Part shown: in pieces, positions 8,920 through 20,242 of the stretch | How the letters are laid out: each line of letters begins with the position of its first letter | How positions within the stretch are numbered: position 1 is the first letter of the stretch | DNA from: Candidatus Moranbacteria bacterium GW2011_GWC2_40_12 | GTDB taxonomy: Bacteria; Patescibacteriota; Minisyncoccia; Moranbacterales; UBA11712 | Assembly (NCBI GenBank): GCA_000995965.1 | Contig: LBYD01000001.1 | Span: 12,923 to 76,922, forward strand | Direction of reading: 5' to 3' | DNA: 64,000 nucleotides | The notes under the pieces: generated by a model | What the model was told of the DNA's origin: nothing | Database searches by the model: none | Seen by the model: only the letters and a program-made list of their open reading frames with translations | Translations under genes and position numbers: made by a program

Positions 8920-9504
8920 ATGGCGAGCAAAAATTTTGGAAAAGAATATTTTCGTTCCGGTTCGTATGAAGACTATAAAAAAGAAGCCGAACGGTGGGTG
9001 CCAAAAACTGCCCGGAAAATAAATAAAATTATCAGCAATAAACCGGCGAAGATCTTGGATGTCGGGTGCGCGCATGGGTACTTGATTGCCGAGCTCCAGA
9101 ATAAACATGGACATAGCGTGCGAGGGGTTGATTATTCGCCGTATGCCGTCAAAAATTCAGAAAAATCCGTTCGGGGAAAAATAAAGAGAGGAAATATTCA
9201 AAAACTAAATTTTCGGAAAAATGAGTTTGATGCCGTGATTTGTTTGGATGTAATAAATTACCTGGAAGAAAATAATATCCCAAAAGCCATTCAAAATCTG
9301 GCGGGAGTCTCGAAGAAATACATTTTTTTTGGCGCGATATTCAAGCATTCCTGGACGGCGAGCCAAAAATGGAATCCGGACAAGTTTCGGAAAAGCGTCC
9401 TCGCGAAAAAAGAATACATTGAAATTTTCAAGAAATACGGAGCAAAGTTTGCGGAAAGTTTCGATGGGGAAAATGGAGGTTCAATACTAGTGCTAAAGAA
9501 GTAA
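8920..9504 (+). CDS. class I SAM-dependent methyltransferase
   Basis: ILDVGCAHGYL (motif I), then VICLDVINYL. Lies 10 nt after the agmatinase stop. Confidence 0.7.
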   Translation: MASKNFGKEYFRSGSYEDYKKEAERWVPKTARKINKIISNKPAKILDVGCAHGYLIAELQNKHGHSVRGVDYSPYAVKNSEKSVRGKIKRGNIQKLNFRKNEFDAVICLDVINYLEENNIPKAIQNLAGVSKKYIFFGAIFKHSWTASQKWNPDKFRKSVLAKKEYIEIFKKYGAKFAESFDGENGGSILVLKK

Positions 9505-9522
9505 ATTTTGAAGATAACATAA

Positions 9523-10818
9523 ATGGCAAACGGCAACGGAGCGAAAAATTTCCTTTTTGTTTCCTGGATCGCCCTCAACGGCGATTTGGCCTGGAAAGTA
9601 AAAAAAGAAAACCATAACGTCAAATACTATATCGACGACAAAGAAGAAGCGGATGTCTATGACGGCCTTTTGGAAAAAGTGGACAAGTGGCGGGATCATA
9701 TCGGCTGGGCGGACGTGATTATTTTTGATGATACCGGATTCGGAGAAGAAGCGGAAAAACTCCGGAAAAAGGGGAAACTGGTTATCGGCGGGACGGTATA
9801 TACTGACCGGACGGAAGAAGACCGGGAATTCGGGCAGGGAGAAATGAAAAAATTCGGGATGAACATCCTGCCGAATTATAATTTCTCAAGCTTTGACGAA
9901 GCCATCGAATTTTTGAAAAAAAATCCCGGCCGCTATGTTTTCAAGCCCAATGGCAAGGCGGCGGATGAAAAAAATCTTCTTTTTATCGGTGAAGAGGACG
10001 ACGGGAAGGATATGATTGAAATTCTTGAAGACAACAAAGATTTTCTTTCCGGAAAAATTGAAAGTTTTCAGCTTCAAAAATTCGTAGCCGGGGTGGAGAT
10101 TGCGACTGGAGCCTTTTTCAACGGAAAAAAATTCGTCCATCCGATAAACATAAATTTTGAGCACAAAAGGCTTTTTCCGGGCGATCAGGGGCCTTTCACG
10201 GGCGATATGGGAGCGCTGATGTATTGGACGACTCCCAACGCGATCTATAACAATACTCTTCTTAAAATGGAAAGCGTGCTGGCTGAGCATGGCTATGTCG
10301 GCTACTATGACATAAACTGCATCGTGAACGGGCGGGGAATATACCCGCTCGAATTCACGGCCCGTTTCGGATATCCGACCATCAGCACGCAGGTGGAAGG
10401 AATCATCGAGCCGATGGGAGAGTTTCTTTTGAAATTGGCGCGGGGCGAAGATTTTGAAATCAAGACGAAAAGAGGCTTTCAAATCGGCGTGGTTTTGGCG
10501 GTTCCTCCTTATCCTTTCTTTAGCGAAGAAATATTTTCTGTCTATAAGGGATCTTCTATTCTGTTCAAAAACGAAGCGGCGATGGAAGGCATCAATTGGG
10601 GGGACGTGAAAATGACGGACGGAGTTTTGAAGTTGGCGGGGTCGTCCGGATACGCGCTCATTGTCACCGGTTCGGGAATCACGGTGGAGGACGCCCGGCG
10701 CCAAGCCTATAACCGGATAAAGAACATCCGGCTCCACGACATGTTTTTTCGCGTGGATATCGGCACAAGATGGTTTCAGGACAGCGATAAACTGCAGTCG
10801 TGGGGATACATACAATAA
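9523..10818 (+). CDS. PurD-like ATP-grasp ligase (phosphoribosylamine--glycine ligase homolog)
   Basis: Segments alignable to E. coli PurD: FEHKRLFPGDQGPFTGDMGALMYWT (PurD [21 protein letters not shown]), YPLEFTARFGYPT (EFNCRFGDPE), and a C-terminal ...EDARRQAYNRIKNIRLHDMFFRVDIG (...AEAQKRAY...CRKDIG). Confidence 0.7.
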   Translation: MANGNGAKNFLFVSWIALNGDLAWKVKKENHNVKYYIDDKEEADVYDGLLEKVDKWRDHIGWADVIIFDDTGFGEEAEKLRKKGKLVIGGTVYTDRTEEDREFGQGEMKKFGMNILPNYNFSSFDEAIEFLKKNPGRYVFKPNGKAADEKNLLFIGEEDDGKDMIEILEDNKDFLSGKIESFQLQKFVAGVEIATGAFFNGKKFVHPININFEHKRLFPGDQGPFTGDMGALMYWTTPNAIYNNTLLKMESVLAEHGYVGYYDINCIVNGRGIYPLEFTARFGYPTISTQVEGIIEPMGEFLLKLARGEDFEIKTKRGFQIGVVLAVPPYPFFSEEIFSVYKGSSILFKNEAAMEGINWGDVKMTDGVLKLAGSSGYALIVTGSGITVEDARRQAYNRIKNIRLHDMFFRVDIGTRWFQDSDKLQSWGYIQ

Positions 10819-10876
10819 ATGAAAAATTAAAAATTATTGTGTCGCGGAGCGACTTTACTATTAATACATTGAGAAT

Positions 10877-11395
10877 ATGATGCAAAATGTTCAAGTGTTG
10901 AAAATTACAAGAACTAAAGAAATAATTTTTTCTGCCGTTTTTACGGCGTTAGCGATTTATGCGCCGATGGTTGTCCATCACTTCGCGGGCGTGGACGGCG
11001 GGCGGAAATTTTTGCCGATGCCTTTTTTTGTTTTGCTCGCGGGGCTGACTCTCGGCTGGCGGGCGGGGATTGCAGCCGGACTCGCGAGCCCGGTTATAAG
11101 CTTCCTTCTTTCCGGAATGCCGATGCTCAATATTTTGCCGATTATTATCATACAGCTCTCCGCTTACGGTTTTTTGGCGGGGATATTGAAAGAAAAGTTC
11201 AACGGATTCATAGCACCTGCTGGCGCGATAGTTCTTGGCCTTATTTTGACCGGTTTTGCGGTTTTTTTATTTTCAGAAATGAATGCCGCGGCGTATGTTA
11301 TAAATGCCGTAAGGGATGGCTGGGTTGGAATTGCTCTCCAACTTCTTATTTTGCCGATTATTATAAAGTTTTCTAGAGATTATTTATTCGACTAA
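10877..11395 (+). CDS. small polytopic membrane protein (ECF-transporter S-component-like?)
   Basis: 172 aa with 5-6 predicted TM helices. The family assignment is tentative. Confidence 0.35.
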   Translation: MMQNVQVLKITRTKEIIFSAVFTALAIYAPMVVHHFAGVDGGRKFLPMPFFVLLAGLTLGWRAGIAAGLASPVISFLLSGMPMLNILPIIIIQLSAYGFLAGILKEKFNGFIAPAGAIVLGLILTGFAVFLFSEMNAAAYVINAVRDGWVGIALQLLILPIIIKFSRDYLFD

Positions 11396-11447
11396 TTTTC
11401 AGGGTAGTCATTTTTATCTACGTGGATATAACTGACTACTTTTAATT

Positions 11448-11849
11448 ATGACTGTAAAATATAATCTCGAATACTTTTTTGAGAAATCCTGGTCTTTTGT
11501 TTTGATGAAAAACGGGAAAATCGTTTTCAAGTCAAAAGCGCAGCATCTCAAGCCTTTGATATTTTGCATCAAAAGACATAAAAAAGAAATGCGCGGGGCG
11601 GTTGTTTTTGATAAGATTATCGGACAAGCGGCGGCGATATTTCTTGTTTATGCCAAAGTTAAAGAAGTTTGGACACCAACCATCAGCCGGTCTGGAAAAG
11701 CCTGTCTTGAGAAGCATAATGTGAAAATTGACTACAAAAATCTCGTCAGTTGCATAAAGAACCGCAAAGGCGATGATCTCTGCCCGATGGAAAAAATGAG
11801 CCGAAAAATGACAAAAAAAGAGTTTATTGAAAAAAAATTGGAAAATTAG
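11448..11849 (+). CDS. hypothetical protein (133 aa)
   Basis: ORF with no recognisable motif. Confidence 0.4.
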   Translation: MTVKYNLEYFFEKSWSFVLMKNGKIVFKSKAQHLKPLIFCIKRHKKEMRGAVVFDKIIGQAAAIFLVYAKVKEVWTPTISRSGKACLEKHNVKIDYKNLVSCIKNRKGDDLCPMEKMSRKMTKKEFIEKKLEN

Positions 11850-11905
11850 TCAAAATTAACATTATACAAGCCAAAAAATAGCTTACAAAAAACCGCTTTT
11901 CGGGC

Positions 11906-11934
11906 TTGATTTTTTACTGAAAATTTGCTATTAT
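11906..11934 (+). promoter_or_regulatory. sigma70-like promoter: TTGATT -N17- TATTAT
   Basis: Read from the sequence. Lies upstream of the family C hairpin and the 12028 gene. Confidence 0.45.
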
Positions 11935-11985
11935 ACAATAGTGGAAAAAGATGCGAAATAAACACAAAATTTGCCTTGTAGCTGT

Positions 11986-12025
11986 CTAAGGCTAAGCCTT
12001 AGCAGTTTCTGAGGCTTAGCCTTAG
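11986..12025. repeat. Family C hairpin (CTAAGGCTAAGCCTTAG ... GAGGCTTAGCCTTAG); ends 2 nt before the ATG at 12028
   Basis: Inverted repeat read from the sequence. Confidence 0.75.
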
Positions 12026-12027
12026 AA

Positions 12028-12396
12028 ATGACAGTCCGAACCTACCTTTGGGGAATGCGCCTCAGCACTCTTGCGGCGTTGGCCGCCTTGGGGGCAGTTC
12101 TATATTATGTTGATCCTGTCCGGGATGGAATTCTGGGAAGAGTGCTTTTCTATGTAAGCTTATTTTTCTCAATTACGGGAATGGCCACTCTTTTTTTATT
12201 TTGGGTCCGAAGACGATGGAATGTGAATGAAGTGGTCTACCAAAATGTCGGATTGAGTTTCCGCCAGGGAATGCTCGTGGCTTTCGCTGTTTGCGGAATG
12301 TTTGCCCTTCAAAGTTTCCGGCTTCTTGTCTGGTGGGACGCGGGGATAGTGATTGCGGGAATTCTGCTAATTGAATTGTGGTTTTTATCTAGATAA
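12028..12396 (+). CDS. small membrane protein (122 aa, about 4 TM)
   Basis: Hydrophobic ORF. Confidence 0.4.
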   Translation: MTVRTYLWGMRLSTLAALAALGAVLYYVDPVRDGILGRVLFYVSLFFSITGMATLFLFWVRRRWNVNEVVYQNVGLSFRQGMLVAFAVCGMFALQSFRLLVWWDAGIVIAGILLIELWFLSR

Positions 12397-14573
<2,177 letters not shown>

Positions 14574-14750
14574 TCCACTAGAAAATTCGGTTTCCAATTG
14601 AGAGATTTCATTGAAAAATGGCCATTTCAAGGCTTTTTTTTGTTGTGCTAAGTTCGACTATTGACTAAATTCCTAAAATATGCTAACATTACAAGTTGTC
14701 AATGAAGCCTTATTGGCAATGTTCCTAAAAATCAATTGGAGGTGCGAGAT

Positions 14751-15114
14751 GAAACAAGAACATCTCGAAAATTTACTTTGTCCGTCGTCAGTTTCACTCA
14801 TTGGGGATTTGAAAGGTTTTTGCGAAGATTTACGCAAAGCTTTGAAATCCGAAAAGCAGCGCGAAGACCTGGAAGCTCTCGGTATTGTGTATACCGAACC
14901 GGAGTGCCTGGAAGAGGACTGGGATGACCAGACAACGACCATGGCATCATATTGCTTCAATGATTTCTGGACTTATCCCGAAATTTTTGAGGATATGCTG
15001 GAGCTTCTGGATAGCTACAGATGGGGTGACCATGAATTTTACAGGTTGCCTTATCCTGGCCGGGACATTCTATTTGTTACCGAATATGGCGGACCGAAGT
15101 TGCTTTCGCTGTAA
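14751..15114 (+). CDS. acidic hypothetical protein (121 aa)
   Basis: A GGAGGTG Shine-Dalgarno sits 6 nt upstream of ATG 14751. The protein is Glu/Asp-rich. Local GC is clearly higher than the flanks. Confidence 0.45.
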
Positions 15115-15328
15115 GAAATACCTCGTGAAGAAAATTTGTTCTTTGATTTAGAAAAGGATAGTTTAGAACATAGCTCGAATGGATTTAAAAATCACGATTA
15201 TTACTTTACCGTCACTATGCTTAGAGGCGGTCTTTTTTTTGCCCGTTTGACACAATTTAATTCGTATTATAAGATATGAGCAGATAAAAAAGCCCCAAAG
15301 GCTTTTTAAAAAAGGCTCAACAGGGAAT

Positions 15329-15371
15329 CCTGAGACTAAGTCTTGGGAATTTCCCAAGACTTAGTCTCAGG
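15329..15371. repeat. Family C-like perfect 20-bp hairpin (CCTGAGACTAAGTCTTGGGA-attt-TCCCAAGACTTAGTCTCAGG); ends 5 nt before the secE ATG
   Basis: Perfect inverted repeat read from the sequence. Confidence 0.85.
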
Positions 15372-15376
15372 AAACA

Positions 15377-15562
15377 ATGAACAAGCTTTGGACATTCACC
15401 AAAGAATCCCGCGCGGAGCTTCGGAAAGTCAATTGGCCCACCCGCGCGCAGACAATCAAATTCACCGGTGTTGTGATCGGAGTGAGTTTGGGAGTGGCGG
15501 TATTTCTTGGAGCACTCGATTATTTTTTTGAATATTTATCGAGAACGTTTATTGTGAAGTAG
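15377..15562 (+). CDS. secE: preprotein translocase subunit SecE
   Basis: 61 aa with a single C-terminal TM. Conserved position immediately upstream of nusG. Confidence 0.75.
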   Translation: MNKLWTFTKESRAELRKVNWPTRAQTIKFTGVVIGVSLGVAVFLGALDYFFEYLSRTFIVK

Positions 15563-15651
15563 ATTTACGAATTACGAATCTCTTACGAATATACGAATAA
15601 AATTCGTAATTAGTATATTCGTAGAGCGAAGCGTATTCGTAATTCGTAATA
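15563..15651. repeat. Family A palindromic element between secE and nusG
   Basis: gatttacgaattacgaatctcttacgaatatacgaat ... attcgtaattagtatattcgtagagcgaagcgtattcgtaattcgtaa. Confidence 0.8.
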
Positions 15652-15656
15652 AGTTC

Positions 15657-16202
15657 ATGGCGAAGCAAACCCAACATCACGGCCGCGCCTGGTATGCGAT
15701 TCACACCTATTCCGGATATGAAGACAACGTGGCCAAAAATTTGAAACAGAGGATCGAATCACTTGATATGCAGGATCGAATTTTCGACGTGATGGTTCCC
15801 AAGGAAAAAAAGATAAAGATCAAAAGCGGCAAGCGGTCGGTTATCGAAGAAAGAATTTTTCCGGGATATGTTCTCGTAGAAATGGTGGTGACGGATGATT
15901 CATGGTATGTGGTCCGCAATACTCCTAATGTCACAGGTTTCATAGGGATCGGAACGACTCCAACGCCGATTGCCCAGCAGGAAATCGACCAAATGAAAAA
16001 AAGGATGGGTGTTTCCGAGCCGAAATACAAGATTGATGTTTTGCGCGGCGACGCGGTGAAAATTGTTGACGGGCCATTCAAAGAATTTGACGGGAAAGTT
16101 GACGAGATTGACGAAGCCCGCGGGAAAATAAAAGTTCTGGTCTCGATATTTGGGCGGGAAACTCCGGTGGAACTCGATTTTTTGCAGATAAAGAAGATAT
16201 AA
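15657..16202 (+). CDS. nusG: transcription termination/antitermination factor NusG
   Basis: NGN domain (WYAIHTYSGYE) and a KOW domain (KIVDGPFKEFDGKVDEID). Confidence 0.9.
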   Translation: MAKQTQHHGRAWYAIHTYSGYEDNVAKNLKQRIESLDMQDRIFDVMVPKEKKIKIKSGKRSVIEERIFPGYVLVEMVVTDDSWYVVRNTPNVTGFIGIGTTPTPIAQQEIDQMKKRMGVSEPKYKIDVLRGDAVKIVDGPFKEFDGKVDEIDEARGKIKVLVSIFGRETPVELDFLQIKKI

Positions 16203-16204
16203 AT

Positions 16205-16306
16205 AACTCGCGAATTAAGTAGCGAATCGAAAGCGAATATGAGCGAACTTTCTAAAATGATTAGCTCTAAATTTGCGATTAATTAGCTATTCATTAGCGA
16301 GTAGTT
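16205..16306. repeat. Family A variant inverted repeat (AGCGAAT-type) in the nusG-rplK spacer
   Basis: ctcgcgaattaagtagcgaatcgaaagcgaatatgagcgaac ... gcgattaattagctattcattagcgagtag. Confidence 0.45.
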
Positions 16307-16309
16307 ATT

Positions 16310-16732
16310 ATGGCAAAGAAAATTAAAACAATTGTCAAACTTCAAATCAAAGCCGGACAGGCCAATCCTGCTCCTCCGGTCGGGCCGGCTTTGGGACAGC
16401 ACGGGCTCAATATCCAGGATTTTTGCCTGAAGTTCAACGAAGCCACGAAAGATAAAATGGGGGATGTGATTCCGGTCGAGATAACCGTCTATGAAGACAG
16501 AAGTTTTGATTTTGTTCTCAAAACTCCTCCAGCTGCCGAACTTCTCAAAAAGGCCGCCAAAATTGAAAAAGGTGCGTCTGATCCCCTGAAACAAAAAGTG
16601 GGAACAGTGACCAAAGAACAAGTCCGCAAAATTGCCGAGACGAAGATGGTCGATCTCAATGCGAATGACGTCCAGCAGGCGATGAAAATCATTGAGGGAA
16701 CGGCCAGGAGCATGGGGATTAAAGTTGAGTAA
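16310..16732 (+). CDS. rplK: 50S ribosomal protein L11
   Basis: [35 protein letters not shown]. Confidence 0.92.
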   Translation: MAKKIKTIVKLQIKAGQANPAPPVGPALGQHGLNIQDFCLKFNEATKDKMGDVIPVEITVYEDRSFDFVLKTPPAAELLKKAAKIEKGASDPLKQKVGTVTKEQVRKIAETKMVDLNANDVQQAMKIIEGTARSMGIKVE

Positions 16733-16736
16733 TAAT

Positions 16737-16865
16737 TTTACGAATTACGAATCTCTTACGAATATACGAATCAAAAAATATTCGTAATCAGTACATTCGC
16801 AGAGTGAAGCGCCCGCCTGCAACGCTTTGCGCAGCAATGCGGGCAGGTATTCGTAATTCGTAAAG
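16737..16865. repeat. Family A palindromic element between rplK and rplA, carrying a nested 36-nt mini-element (16812..16847)
   Basis: The first 33 nt are identical to the 15563 copy (tacgaattacgaatctcttacgaatatacgaat). The right arm is interrupted by cccgcctgcaacgctttgcgcagcaatgcgggcagg. Confidence 0.8.
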
Positions 16866-16872
16866 AGATATC

Positions 16873-17517
16873 ATGGAAAAATCAGAAAGTATGCAATTAT
16901 CAATAACCGACGCTATCGCTGAAGTCAAAAAATCAGCGGTCGCCAAATTTGACGAGTCTGTTGAGGCGCATGTTCGCTTGGCGATCGATCCGAAGAAATC
17001 GGACCAGCAGGTGCGCGGCGTGGCTGAGCTTCCGCACGGGACGGGAAAGAAAAAGAAGATCGCTGTTTTCACAACGACGCAAAAGAAAGAAGCCGAAGAA
17101 GCGGGTGCGGATCTGGTCGGCGGTGAAGAGCTAATCGACAAAGTGAAATCTTCCGGAAAGATTGACGCTGACATTGCCGTTGCCACGCCTGAAATGATGC
17201 CGAAATTGGCGACAATAGCCAAAATTCTCGGTCCCAAGGGCTTGATGCCAAATCCTAAGAACAAAACGGTCACTCCCAAAGTAAAAGAAATCATTGAGGC
17301 GCTCAAAAAAGGGCGGGCTGATTTCAAAAATGACGATTCCGGAAATATCCATCAAGTCATCGGAAAAAAATCATTTGAAAACGTGAAACTCGAAGAAAAT
17401 TTCAAAGTATTTTTGGAGGCGCTCCGGAAATCAAAACCGGAGGGAGTCAAAGGAAAATTCATTAAAAGTGTTTCGATCTGCTCAACGATGGGAAAATCAG
17501 TCAAAATAAGCCAATAA
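16873..17517 (+). CDS. rplA: 50S ribosomal protein L1
   Basis: L1 family sequence (…VRLAIDPKKSDQQVRGVAELPHGTGKK…). Confidence 0.9.
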   Translation: MEKSESMQLSITDAIAEVKKSAVAKFDESVEAHVRLAIDPKKSDQQVRGVAELPHGTGKKKKIAVFTTTQKKEAEEAGADLVGGEELIDKVKSSGKIDADIAVATPEMMPKLATIAKILGPKGLMPNPKNKTVTPKVKEIIEALKKGRADFKNDDSGNIHQVIGKKSFENVKLEENFKVFLEALRKSKPEGVKGKFIKSVSICSTMGKSVKISQ

Positions 17518-17547
17518 TGAAGCAATATTTTCTTTATTTGATAAGGG

Positions 17548-17576
17548 TTGACATTGTTTTCAAAAAATTATAGTAT
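17548..17576 (+). promoter_or_regulatory. candidate rRNA promoter TTGACA -N17- TAGTAT
   Basis: Read from the sequence, about 450 nt upstream of the 23S 5' end. Confidence 0.35.
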
Positions 17577-17715
17577 TACAAAGCGAAACAAAACTAATCC
17601 TTAGGCATTCTAAATGAGAAAATTTGTTGTCAGTCTAATAATAAGAAGCGGATAAACTTTTGCGTTTTTCTTTTGCGCTCGAGCCCGCTTCACTGGAAGC
17701 GGTTTTTGTTTTTAG

Positions 17716-17756
17716 GTTACGAATTACGAAGCTATCACGAATATACGAATTACGAG
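17716..17756. repeat. Family A half-element (left arm only)
   Basis: ttacgaattacgaagctatcacgaatatacgaattacgag. Confidence 0.6.
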
Positions 17757-17835
17757 TTTTTAGCGCCGAGACGTTGGCTTATAAAAGTTATAATTCAACG
17801 TTTCCGTGCTAAAGGGAACTTTGACAATTTATGTA

Positions 17836-17872
17836 CCCGCCTGCAACGCTTTGCGAAGCAATGCGGGCAGGG
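17836..17872. repeat. Stand-alone copy of the 36-nt mini-element (cccgcctgcaacgctttgcgaagcaatgcgggcagg)
   Basis: Differs by 1 nt from the copy nested at 16812..16847. Confidence 0.7.
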
Positions 17873-18586
17873 GTGAAGCTGAAATTATGTTTTGATTCCA
17901 AGTCGGCGCGGGAAAATCCAAGCATAAGCCAAACAGCTTCAAAATATGGCGATTAGCATCAATTTAGTGGTTGCTAATTGCTGGTCTGTATCGTTCGCAC
18001 TCAAATGCGAGCGATGCAATTGCGATAGAGCGGTATTCATGAAGGGCGTATGGTGGATGCCTTGACTCAAGTGAGCGATGAAGGACGTAGCGATCTGCGA
18101 TAAGCCTCGGGGAGCTGATGAGCAAGCTTTGATCCGGGGATTTCCGAATGCGGCAACGCATCTCGATTCATATCGGGATATTACTGTCTGAATTCATAGG
18201 ACAGTGAAGCGTACCCAGGGAACTGAAACATCTTAGTACCTGGAGGAAAATAAATCCAAAAGATTCCGTCAGTAGTGGCGAGCGAAAGCGGAGAAGCCTA
18301 AACCGTTTCACTTCGGTGAAGCGGGGTTGCGAGATAATAACGTCCTATCTTGTAAAACGTTGAATATAGTTGTCAGCGTTTTACTCGACGGGAGTGAAGT
18401 TACAAATTGTTTTGTTAGCTGAACAATTCTGGAAAGTGAGACCAAAGAGGGTAATAGTCCCGTAAGCGAAAACGAAACAACTTTATTGTTATTATTCTCA
18501 AGTAAGGCGGGACCGGAGAAATCCCGTCTGAAGCCGGGGCCACTATAGCTCCAAGGCTAAATATCACTTGAGATCGATAGCGAACT

Positions 18587-18617
<31 letters not shown>

Positions 18618-20242
18618 GATGAGGGGAGTGAAATAGAACTGAAACCATATGCTTACGTAGAGTTGGAGCCCCGACGCAAGTCGGGGTGACAGCGTGCTTT
18701 TTGCAGAACGAGCCAACGAGTTAATTTTATGCGGCAAGTTTAACCCAGCATTGAATTTATAAAGTAAAAAACTTTAAGGAGGTTCCACAGTGGGAGACAA
18801 AAAGGAAATGAAATTATGGTTAATCATCCTTAGTTGTCCCTTTTTATGGTATATGGCAATAGCTTTAATATTGTCATATTTCTAAAGATAGAGGATCTCT
18901 ACGGCGTGGCGTGCGGAAATACTTCGTGCGCCCGCCGCAACTTTATAAGTTTGATGCTGGGGAAAACGTAGTGAAAGCGAGGCTTAATCGCCGAAAATAA
19001 GTCGCATGGATTAGACCCGAAGCCGGGCGAGCTACATATGAGCAGGGTGAACGCAGAGTAACATCTGCGGGAGGCCCGAACCCACGCGCCGTACAACACG
19101 CGGGGATGACTTGTGTGTAGAGGAGAAATTCCAATCGAGCTCGGCCATAGCTGGTTCTTCCCGAAATAGCTTGAGGGCTAGCGTCGGATAAATGATCACA
19201 GGAGGTAGAGCTACTGAATGAGGGATCGTGGAGCAATCCTAGGTCTCTCAACCAAACTCCGAATGCCTGATGATTTTATCCCGACAGTCAGAACGTGGGG
19301 GCTAAGCTTCACGTTCGAGAGGGAAACAGCCCAGATCGCAGTCTAAGGTCCCTAAATCTATGTTAAGTGGTAAAGGAAGTGAAGTCTCCGAGACACCTAG
19401 GAGGTTGGCTCAGAAGCAGCCATCCTTTAAAGAGTGCGTAACAGCTCACTAGTCTAGAGATTTCGCGCCGAAAATTCAACGGGGCTCAAACATAGTACCG
19501 AAGACGCGGACTCCAGCGCTTGCGCTGGTTTGGTAGGGAAGTGTCCTCATCTGCTGCGAAGCGGAAGGCGTGAGCCACCGTGGAGCGTTGAGGAGTAAGA
19601 ATGTTGGCATGAGTAACCGCAATGTGAGTGAGAACCTCACACGCCGAAAGTCCAAGGTTTCCTGGGCAATGTCGATCAACCCAGGGTTAGGCGGTCCTAA
19701 GGCGAGGCCGAAAGGCGTAGTCGATGGACAGCCGGTTAATATTCCGGCCCCGCAATATTATTCGATGGAGTGACGTACTCTAGTAGTCTCTGCCCCTTAT
19801 TGGATTGGGGTAGGCGCATTGAGGACGTTCGCGAGGAAAATCCCGCGAGCACAAATCCAAGATGCGACTGGAAGTCCGATTTATCGGGCGAACGGAGATG
19901 AGCAGGGTACCAGGAAAAACTTCTAAGGTTAATAATATTGCGTCCGTACTTAAAACCGACACAGGTGGACAGGGCGAGTAGCCCAAGGCGAACGGGAGAA
20001 CCCTCGTTAAGGAACTCGGCAAAACAACTAGACGTAACTTCGGGAGATGTCTTCCCCGACGCAAGTCGGGGTGCAATTAAAGATTCCAAGCGACTGTTTA
20101 TCAAAAACACAGGTCTCCGCAAACCCGCAAGGGGAAGTATGGGGGCTGACGCCTGACCAGTGCTGGAACGTTAACGGGAGCGGTGCAAGCCAATCCCCGA
20201 AGCGCCAGTGAACGTCAGCGATAACTATAATCGTTCTAAGGT

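Noticed and set aside
3218-10815. Long minus-strand ORFs 3218..3952, 4476..5336, 7090..7914 and 9886..10815
   Set aside because: Each is antisense to a plus-strand gene with clear family motifs (patatin, MurC, DHS-like, PurD-like).
17518-18021. Looked for a 16S rRNA or tRNA between rplA and the 23S
   Set aside because: Only about 500 nt is available. It contains a family A half-element and the 36-nt mini-element, with no 16S-like or cloverleaf-like sequence. No tRNA was recognised anywhere in the window by eye, though a computational scan could still find one.
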